A stretch of DNA of 38,689 nt from contig JBGOWS010000001.1 in the NCBI GenBank assembly GCA_041478735.1, positions 1-38,689 of the forward strand, read 5' to 3'. A program made the position numbers and the translations under genes. Positions 32,740 to 38,689 of this stretch are shown here, piece after piece (position 1 is the first letter of the stretch; the number at the start of each line of letters is the position of its first letter). The notes under the pieces were generated by a model. That model worked only from the letters and a program-made list of their open reading frames with translations. It ran no database searches and was not told the origin of the DNA. The DNA is from Thermodesulfovibrionia bacterium (GTDB lineage: Bacteria > Nitrospirota > Thermodesulfovibrionia > Thermodesulfovibrionales > SM23-35).

Positions 32740-32786
32740 GAATGGCATTCAAGAGGTCGTCGGTTCGATCCCGATCAGCTCCACCA
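32740..32786 (+). pseudogene. Orphan 3' half of tRNA-Ala(GGC): anticodon loop through encoded CCA
   Basis: GA-AUGGCAU-UCAAG-AGGUC-GUCGG-UUCGAUC-CCGAU-CAGCUCC-A-CCA. This comprises an anticodon loop with U33/GGC/A37, variable loop AGGUC, a 5-bp T-stem with a UUCGAUC loop, and an Ala-type acceptor 3' strand. The upstream sequence cannot form a D-arm, a 5' acceptor strand or a full anticodon stem. Confidence 0.6.
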
Positions 32787-32792
32787 ATAATT

Positions 32793-33101
32793 TCAATAAG
32801 TTACGCAAAGCTGTTTCTCCCTCTTTTTAGCCACCGTGATAAAATCGTGATAATTGCCTGTCAGAGTCTTGTCTAATACATCAACTTCTGGATATATTTC
32901 AGTGCTCTCAGCGAAATGCTGTTGTATTTCACTAAAATATCTCTTTTTAAATTCCTCTGGTGATATTTCAACAGAACGATAAGCAAGATACCGCGGAAGT
33001 GTTTCATAAACAGATAATCTATTTTCGTCAGTATTGATATCAATCAATGTTCCATAAAGATTAAAAAACAGTGCTTTTTCGTCTGAGTCTGAGGCCCCAT
33101 T
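32793..33101 (-). pseudogene. HAD-superfamily hydrolase N-terminal fragment with a degenerate motif I
   Basis: ALFFNLYGTLIDINTDE aligns to the HAD motif I hhhhDxDGTLhD, but both Asp are replaced (N and Y). There is no ATG, and the frame ends ~100 codons in, inside the direct repeat next to the tRNA fragment. Confidence 0.45.
32835..32850 (+). repeat. Right copy of the 16-bp direct repeat, CGTGATAAAATCGTGA
   Basis: Exact match to 32603-32618. Confidence 0.9.
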
Positions 33102-33138
33102 TCAGACATTGCATTGCCTCATTGGCAAGCCTTTTCCT

Positions 33139-34080
33139 CTAATTCCATTCAAGATAATTATTCCTCGCAATCCTCAACTCTGTAAGCGCCATATAAAAAG
33201 GATTCCTAAAAGTAATTTCTCTAAATGTTGCCTTACGATCACAGAAATGACTAGCGTAGCTTTTAAGAAAATGCTTGATAAATGGTTCTGCCTCGTAAGG
33301 ATTCCCCGTCCTCCACAAAAATGCATGTTTTAATTCTCCACATACCATCCCTATATCGACTACCCTATCAGTAGTTCTCATTCTTTCCAGGTCTATGGCA
33401 ACCACGCTGCCACTTTCAGTAAATATAAAATTAGTTGGAGTGGCATCACCATGAACAATGACACTTTTTGTCTCATTAAGTAAATGCCTGTTCAACCATT
33501 TATCCATCAGTTTTAAATATATCCTCCTATCACAATCTGATAGTATGCCTTGTTTATATAATTTATTAAGGATCCTCTGAAAATATGTACTCACTAAATC
33601 GAGCTCAACATTTCCATTCTTAACTGTTCTTGAATGTAATACATAGAGGAAGCAGGCAAGTTTCGCAAGTTGTTTTTTAAAAGACCTGCTGTCTCCTTCA
33701 TAAATGGACTTCTTCAAATAATAGTCAAGGTCCTTACCATGAATAAATTCCTCTATGAGGGCAAGACCAATTCTCTCTTTCCTGCTGATGGGTCGAACAA
33801 CATAATAAGGGAAAGAATCAAATCCGTATCTTCTTATCTTCTGGAGATTATCATATTCACCTTTTATCCTCAGAATCTTGTCGGGTTTCGTATCATTCAG
33901 TTTGAAAAATTTACCAATAACGGCCATTTGAGTTTTTTCTTCAGTATACTTATACACCCTTTTAAAGGACATTCTGGTTACATTGAAAAATGGATTTTTA
34001 ACATCAGGATAAATCTCTGAGCAAAGTATATCGTAAAGAGGGTCAGTACAGTCTAATTTCCCAAGGTATAATTTATCCAT
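33139..34080 (-). CDS. Aminoglycoside-phosphotransferase/choline-kinase-family (protein-kinase-like fold) kinase
   Basis: Brenner-type catalytic motif VIVHGDATPTNFIF followed by VVAIDLERM (DxE/D metal site). Lys-containing N-lobe. 313 aa. Confidence 0.7.
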   Translation of the reverse strand: MDKLYLGKLDCTDPLYDILCSEIYPDVKNPFFNVTRMSFKRVYKYTEEKTQMAVIGKFFKLNDTKPDKILRIKGEYDNLQKIRRYGFDSFPYYVVRPISRKERIGLALIEEFIHGKDLDYYLKKSIYEGDSRSFKKQLAKLACFLYVLHSRTVKNGNVELDLVSTYFQRILNKLYKQGILSDCDRRIYLKLMDKWLNRHLLNETKSVIVHGDATPTNFIFTESGSVVAIDLERMRTTDRVVDIGMVCGELKHAFLWRTGNPYEAEPFIKHFLKSYASHFCDRKATFREITFRNPFYMALTELRIARNNYLEWN

Positions 34081-34143
34081 GATTTATCCTATTTCTTTTA
34101 GCGCCATATTTTACTTGAATCTCTTTTTTTAACATTCATAAGC

Positions 34144-34260
34144 TTAGGGACAGTAGTTCCAACCCTGTCCTCCCCACATCATGCCAGGGCCCTGTGAATA
34201 AGCAATAGCAACGATTGTAAGTACTGATACAAGAGTTAATATTATTGTTAACCTTTTCAT
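34144..34260 (-). CDS. 38-aa predicted secreted peptide (not in the ORF track)
   Basis: GGAGG lies 6 nt upstream. MKRLTIILTLVSVLTIVAIA-YSQGPGMMWGGQGWNYCP is a Sec-type signal followed by an 18-aa Gly/Trp/Met-rich tail with a penultimate Cys. Confidence 0.4.
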   Translation of the reverse strand: MKRLTIILTLVSVLTIVAIAYSQGPGMMWGGQGWNYCP

Positions 34261-34311
34261 ACTATACCTCCTTAGCTTCTCGAGTATTTTTAAATCTTAT
34301 TTCAAGGTTCT

Positions 34312-34455
34312 TTACATATCTGATATGTTGCAATCAGGAAGGATTCTCACCCGGCAGTCACCGTCTGTGTCTAATGACTTGTAGTCAGCATAATTGACAA
34401 GATAGCCTTCGTTATCTAATTCAATTTTAAAATCTCCAATTTCAATTACTGACAT
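34312..34455 (-). pseudogene. DsrC/TusE-like N-terminal fragment (47 aa)
   Basis: GGAGG upstream. MSVIEIGDFKIELDNEGYLVNYADY resembles the TusE/DsrC N-terminus (xxGKxIExDxEGYLxxxxxW). The remainder, including the C-terminal Cys arm, is missing. Confidence 0.35.
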
Positions 34456-34958
34456 ATTTACCTCCTTTTAAGTTTTTAATCTTACTTATTTACCTAAAGC
34501 AAACTTAATGCCACCAATATAACCTATTGATTCTTTTAAATTTTTGAATATAAAACTGGGAATACCATAGGACATTTTGCCTTGTTAACAGGGAATATTG
34601 CCCGAAGGGATAATAAAAAATAACTTTATCTTATCGATTTACAGATGAAAATGTTGTATTACAGCCCTATACCAAAAAATCACTCTCCCAGAAAGAAGTC
34701 GAATTTCAGAATTTTTTGCTTTGTTCGTTCCATCTACTAGTCTTCATTTTTGATAAGAATAAGAAATTAATGATTATCGGTTGAAAGTGAGCATAAGAAA
34801 AGGCAAGATATATTATTTCACCTTCTCTGAATTTATTCTTTGTTATACTGCCGCTATCTTGTCCAAGGAAACCAGATAAGATACAATAAGTTAGAATTTA
34901 CTTTATTAAAACCACCCAAAGAGGTGAAACTAATTTTTCAGTGTGAGGTAAGCATGCC

Positions 34959-35900
34959 ATGGATAAATCCAAGTTTGAACAGTGTAAAATCGTAATAGAA
35001 AAATCCAAAAAGTTCCGTGAAGAAATACCTGGAATTGTGGAACGTCTTGTATTGTCTTGTAATACAGAGGATTGTTTTGATCATGTGGATTTAGAACCTC
35101 TCCCATCGAAAGAATCCATCATAGAGATCACCCATATGGCTTGTCGAATTCTATATCCTGGTTATTTTTCTCGTACACGTATTGATAAGGTCAACCTGAT
35201 TTATTATTTTGGACAGGAAGTAACAGCGTTTTTTGAAGCATTATCCGAACAAATCACATTCGCAATACGACATGAATGCCGTCGTCATAACCTGCCTTGC
35301 ATTAACTGCGAGGAACTGGGTCAGGAAATCGCTGTAAATTTTATGAAAGAGCTTCCTCGTCTCAGAACTCTTCTCGCTAAGGATATTCGTTGTGCCTATG
35401 AGGGTGATCCAGCAGCTAAGAGTTATGATGAAATCATATTCAGTTATCCTGGTCCTTTTGCCATTACCGTATATCGGATAGCACATCAGCTTTATGAACA
35501 AAATGTGCCATTAATTCCTCGAAGCATGTCTGAATATGCACACAACATGACAGGTATCGACATCCACCCAGGGGCTCAGATTGGTGAGAGCTTTTTCATT
35601 GATCATGGAACAGGTGTGGTTATTGGTGAAACGACAAAGATAGGTAATCGCGTAAGGATATATCAAGGAGTCACTCTTGGAGCCCTGTCTCTTTCAAAAG
35701 AAGAAGTAGAACAGCTCAGAAATGAAAAACGTCATCCAACAATTGAAGATGACGTGATAATCTATGCCGGGGTAACCATATTAGGTGGTGAGGCCGTGAT
35801 AGGTGCTCGTTCAGTAATCGGAGGAAATGTATGGATTACAACTTCCATACCACCTGATACAAAAGTGTTCATAAAAAAACCTGAACTTGTTTTTAAATAG
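34959..35900 (+). CDS. cysE: Serine O-acetyltransferase
   Basis: N-terminal SATase helical domain and hexapeptide core GIDIHPGAQIGESFFIDHGTGVVIGETTKIGNRVRIYQGVTLG. Confidence 0.85.
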   Translation: MDKSKFEQCKIVIEKSKKFREEIPGIVERLVLSCNTEDCFDHVDLEPLPSKESIIEITHMACRILYPGYFSRTRIDKVNLIYYFGQEVTAFFEALSEQITFAIRHECRRHNLPCINCEELGQEIAVNFMKELPRLRTLLAKDIRCAYEGDPAAKSYDEIIFSYPGPFAITVYRIAHQLYEQNVPLIPRSMSEYAHNMTGIDIHPGAQIGESFFIDHGTGVVIGETTKIGNRVRIYQGVTLGALSLSKEEVEQLRNEKRHPTIEDDVIIYAGVTILGGEAVIGARSVIGGNVWITTSIPPDTKVFIKKPELVFK

Positions 35901-36002
35901 GACGTCACTTTATTTGTTGAAAAGCTCTTTACCTTATCTTTCTGTGAAAGCTGATAGATCACATGAAACGACTTTTAATATCTTAAGAAAAAGGGAACAA
36001 AC

Positions 36003-36929
36003 ATGTCAGAGATATACTATGATATTACCCAGACGATAGGAAATACCCCCATTGTCAGGCTAAATTTGATTTCAAAAGGGCTTAATGCTAGCATTTTGGC
36101 CAAACTGGAATTTAAAAACCCCCTGGGAAGCGTAAAAGATCGTATAGGCCTTGCTATGATAAATGAAGCAGAAAAGCAGGGCCTTATTAACAAAGATACA
36201 TTGATTGTGGAACCAACAAGCGGAAATACCGGGATTGCCCTTGCTTTTGTATGTGCAACCAGGAAATACCGTGTAATCCTTACCATGCCTGAGACCATGA
36301 GTATCGAAAGAAGAAAACTCCTTAAGCACCTTGGTGCGGAGCTGGTCCTCACACCGGCAAGCGAAGGGATGAAAGGGGCTATCAACAAAGCAAGTGAAAT
36401 ACTCTCACAGCACCCAAATGCTTATATGCCAGACCAGTTCAGTAATTCAGCAAACCCTGAAATTCATCGCAGGACGACTGCAGAAGAGATTTGGCAAGAT
36501 ACAAACGGAAGTGTTGATATACTTGTTTCAGGAGTAGGAACGGGCGGGACTATTACGGGAGTTTCAGAAGTGATAAAAAAGCGAAAACCTTCCTTTAAAG
36601 CTGTTGCGGTTGAACCATCTGATTCACCTGTACTATCAGGGGATAAACCAGGCCCGCATAAGATTCAAGGAATCGGAGCAGGCTTTATCCCAAAAGTGCT
36701 TAACACCAAAATCATCGACGAGATCATTACTGTAACTAACGAACAAGCCTTTGAAATGGCAAGATCAGTGGCTAAAATTGAAGGCATTCTATGTGGCATT
36801 TCCTCCGGTGCTGCTGTCTGGGCTGCTCTTGAAATAGCTAAACGGCCAGAAAATAAAGGAAAACAAATAGTGGTGATTTTGCCCAGCACTGGTGAACGAT
36901 ATTTGAGTACAGAGTTGTTCAAAGACTAA
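36003..36929 (+). CDS. cysK: Cysteine synthase A (O-acetylserine sulfhydrylase)
   Basis: PLP-lysine motif [21 protein letters not shown] and [10 protein letters not shown]. 308 aa. Confidence 0.9.
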   Translation: MSEIYYDITQTIGNTPIVRLNLISKGLNASILAKLEFKNPLGSVKDRIGLAMINEAEKQGLINKDTLIVEPTSGNTGIALAFVCATRKYRVILTMPETMSIERRKLLKHLGAELVLTPASEGMKGAINKASEILSQHPNAYMPDQFSNSANPEIHRRTTAEEIWQDTNGSVDILVSGVGTGGTITGVSEVIKKRKPSFKAVAVEPSDSPVLSGDKPGPHKIQGIGAGFIPKVLNTKIIDEIITVTNEQAFEMARSVAKIEGILCGISSGAAVWAALEIAKRPENKGKQIVVILPSTGERYLSTELFKD

Positions 36930-37099
36930 TGGTAATCAATTATCAGATCAATGATTCACTCAAAAAGGAGTAGACTAACTATGTAATGTTGATTCATAAA
37001 ATAAAACATGGAAATAAATTATTTTAAGTTAACCTTTCAGGATGTTATCGACAATTTTTTGGAAATTTTATGCCTCGTAGATAACCCAAAGGAACAAGT

Positions 37100-37475
37100 T
37101 TAATAAAGTGGAAGAACAATAAGCGGCTCAATGCTGCTTATCTCTTAAAGGAATCCTTTGGTCAGTTATGGAGTTATCAGACAGAGGGATGGGCACGGCG
37201 GTTCTTCGATAACTGGAAGAATGCACTTAAATGGCAGCGGTTGGAGCCCTATGAGAAGTTTGCAAAAATGATCGAGCGTCACTGGGATGGTATTGCCGCT
37301 TATAGCAGACCAGAGAATAAAGTTCCATTGGGGTTCGTCGAAGGGATGAACAACAAGATCAGGGTCATCCAGAGACGGGCTTACGGCTTAAGAGATGAAG
37401 AATATCTTCGACTGAAAATCCTTACCTGTATGCTCACGGAGATATAAATTGACCCACACTCTTACGCGAAGACCC
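37100..37475 (+). pseudogene. ISL3-family transposase 3' fragment plus putative right terminal repeat
   Basis: The open frame reads WKNNKRLNAAYLLKESFGQLWSYQTEGWARRFFDNWKNALKWQRLEPYEKFAKMIERHWDGIAAYSRPENKVPLGFVEGMNNKIRVIQRRAYGLRDEEYLRLKIL. A GGGTCTTCGCGTAAGAG-type end (reverse complement) lies at ~37459-37475. There is no 5' part. Confidence 0.7.
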
Positions 37476-37484
37476 GATTAATGT

Positions 37485-37646
37485 TTACTCATGCATAGAT
37501 GGTTGCATACTCAAGCGGTCATATTCCGCCTCGGTGAATTTGCCGAAAAAATTTTCGGCCACCTTATTGCCGTTCTCATCAATTATCTGGCCCATCACAT
37601 CCCCGTTTGCACGGCGGTAAAGATTTATGCTTGCACTACTTTTCAT
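37485..37646 (-). CDS. Hypothetical small protein (53 aa from the internal ATG)
   Basis: MKSSASINLYRRANGDVMGQIIDENGNKVAENFFGKFTEAEYDRLSMQPSMHE with a weak AGAGAG RBS. No family recognised. Confidence 0.3.
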   Translation of the reverse strand: MKSSASINLYRRANGDVMGQIIDENGNKVAENFFGKFTEAEYDRLSMQPSMHE

Positions 37647-37794
37647 TGTCGCTCTCTTTTGCGTGCCTATGGTAATAATTCCTGTAATCGCAGGTGCATG
37701 TATCCTATAAGGTCCTGACAATTAAGGATCATCGCCGCAAGCGATGAAATAGTAGAATATCAGTATGACTGGCAGATTTCATCTTAAACGCCGC

Positions 37795-38689
37795 TCAATG
37801 ATGCGTAAAATAAATCTTATATATCCCCATGACCCATGCTATCAGTCCTTCTCTGGCAATATTGATATCCGTCAGTTCCTTTTCCTGATGAGCGATATAA
37901 TTATTTCTGAAATCAGTTATGGCTTCTACTGTATCGAACAGGCCGGTTTCATTGAATTTTGCAAAGTTTTTCTTGATGGCCTCAAACACACCACCCACCT
38001 CATATTTTGCCATTTGGCAATAGTCTAAACAGAATAACAAGAGACCTGACGGCCACAGTCCGTTTTTAAAAACAAGCGTTCTCCTTAAATTGCTGGCATG
38101 CCTGTTCAGCCATTCAATATCCCCTTTTTTCAATGTCCCGTAATACGGCTCAAAAAAGGCTTTTTGCTCTGCCGGTGTACTCGGCATTAGAGGCAAGAGA
38201 AGTTCATTTATGAGTCCTTTTGCTGACTCGTCAAGCGGGCCGAGCAAGGGAGTAAATACCGGGGCTAAGGACATGCCCTCTTTCTTCTCAAAGAACTGGT
38301 ACAACGTTACTGCCTGCTCTATCGCTTTTTTATATCTCGAAGGCAATTTTTCAAGATCTGTTGATTTTATAAACTCCTCTATACCTGTGACTTTCCCCTC
38401 AGCATATTCTCCCAGCGGTAAGAATAATTGTGGCTGAACTTTTTCCCTTATGATCTCTTCCAGAGATGGCGCACATGTCCTTGCCAGATCATCTATTCTG
38501 TTAGAAGTAATACCGCTGAATACTGCCTGCGTTACATAAAGATATTGCCATTTCACTTTTTTTGAGGATGCCGCCTTGCACCATGAAATGGCAGCCGTTG
38601 CCTTCAAAGGCACATCAATGTCTTCACGCCCTTTCGTTTCTACAAGCATATAATTACCATCTTTTTTCTTCACCATAAAATCAGGGGTA
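37795..38689 (-). CDS. C-terminal part of a restriction-type (Res-like) nuclease fused to a HEPN-like domain; 5' end lies outside the window
   Basis: The frame is open to the window edge (..TPDFMVKKKDGNYMLVETKGREDIDVPLKATAAISWC). This matches the PDFxV...VExKG nuclease core of type III restriction Res / DEAD-helicase C-termini. The C-terminus carries DFRNNYIAHQ, which fits the HEPN Rx4-6H motif. Confidence 0.55.
   Translation of the reverse strand, partial: TPDFMVKKKDGNYMLVETKGREDIDVPLKATAAISWCKAASSKKVKWQYLYVTQAVFSGITSNRIDDLARTCAPSLEEIIREKVQPQLFLPLGEYAEGKVTGIEEFIKSTDLEKLPSRYKKAIEQAVTLYQFFEKKEGMSLAPVFTPLLGPLDESAKGLINELLLPLMPSTPAEQKAFFEPYYGTLKKGDIEWLNRHASNLRRTLVFKNGLWPSGLLLFCLDYCQMAKYEVGGVFEAIKKNFAKFNETGLFDTVEAITDFRNNYIAHQEKELTDINIAREGLIAWVMGIYKIYFTHH

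Noticed and set aside
32524-32786. A complete tmRNA (ssrA): a GGGGCTA-type 5' end at ~32525 pairing with the CAGCTCCACCA 3' end, with GGCTAAG resembling the conserved tmRNA CUAAGC block.
   Set aside because: - The 5' acceptor pairing has a mismatch.
- There is no UUCGAC-type D-loop analogue.
- No resume codon or tag reading frame ends in the usual hydrophobic (AA-type) residues.
- The interior is AT-rich without pseudoknot-like helices.
- The anticodon-loop-like AUGGCAU fits a tRNA-Ala(GGC) 3' half better.
37725-37760. Hairpin TCATCGC-CGCAA-GCGATGA as a terminator for the HEPN-fusion gene.
   Set aside because: The stem is only 7 bp with no following U-run on the minus strand, so the support is insufficient.

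Overview
This is a moderately AT-rich bacterial window with four blocks. No taxonomic call is possible from the sequence alone.

(1) 1-2.5 kb holds mobile-element debris. It contains an IS1634-family insertion sequence with terminal inverted repeats, a small palindromic element, and two head-to-head gene fragments (IS1-family transposase 3' end and DUF4338 C-terminus).

(2) 2.8-29.7 kb is a flagellar block in four parts:
- A sigma-54-type promoter precedes eight translationally coupled nucleotide-sugar tailoring genes: a C-methyltransferase, two DegT-type aminotransferases, a NeuD/PglD-type acetyltransferase, two SDR epimerase/dehydratases, a CmcI-type methyltransferase and one chimeric ORF.
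- A single ~9.8 kb gene follows. It encodes six GT2 domains, a CgeB/GT1-like domain, a SAM methyltransferase and five TPR arrays. Its last ~5.7 kb is a diverged tandem duplication with a 2907-nt period.
- A convergent operon encodes flagellin, an unknown 161-aa ORF, flbT and flaF. G/C-rich palindromic repeats bracket it.
- Two divergent near-consensus sigma-28 promoters sit between the flagellin gene and an operon that combines REC, REC-GAF-HD-GYP, PilZ, a pseudo-receiver histidine kinase and MotAB.

(3) 29.7-32.8 kb is a gene graveyard. It holds an IS3 fragment, a frameshifted comM 3' fragment, two broken toxin-antitoxin pairs, a GC-rich structured segment and the orphan 3' half of a tRNA-Ala(GGC).

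(4) 32.8-38.7 kb contains an APH-like kinase with a small secreted-peptide ORF, cysE-cysK, an ISL3 fragment and a partial Res-like nuclease-HEPN fusion at the right edge.

The strongest candidate for something new is the mega-glycosyltransferase with its sugar cassette, read as a flagellin glycosylation assembly line. I saw no CRISPR array, rRNA or intact tRNA. All functional calls rest on motif recognition by eye, because no database searches were run.
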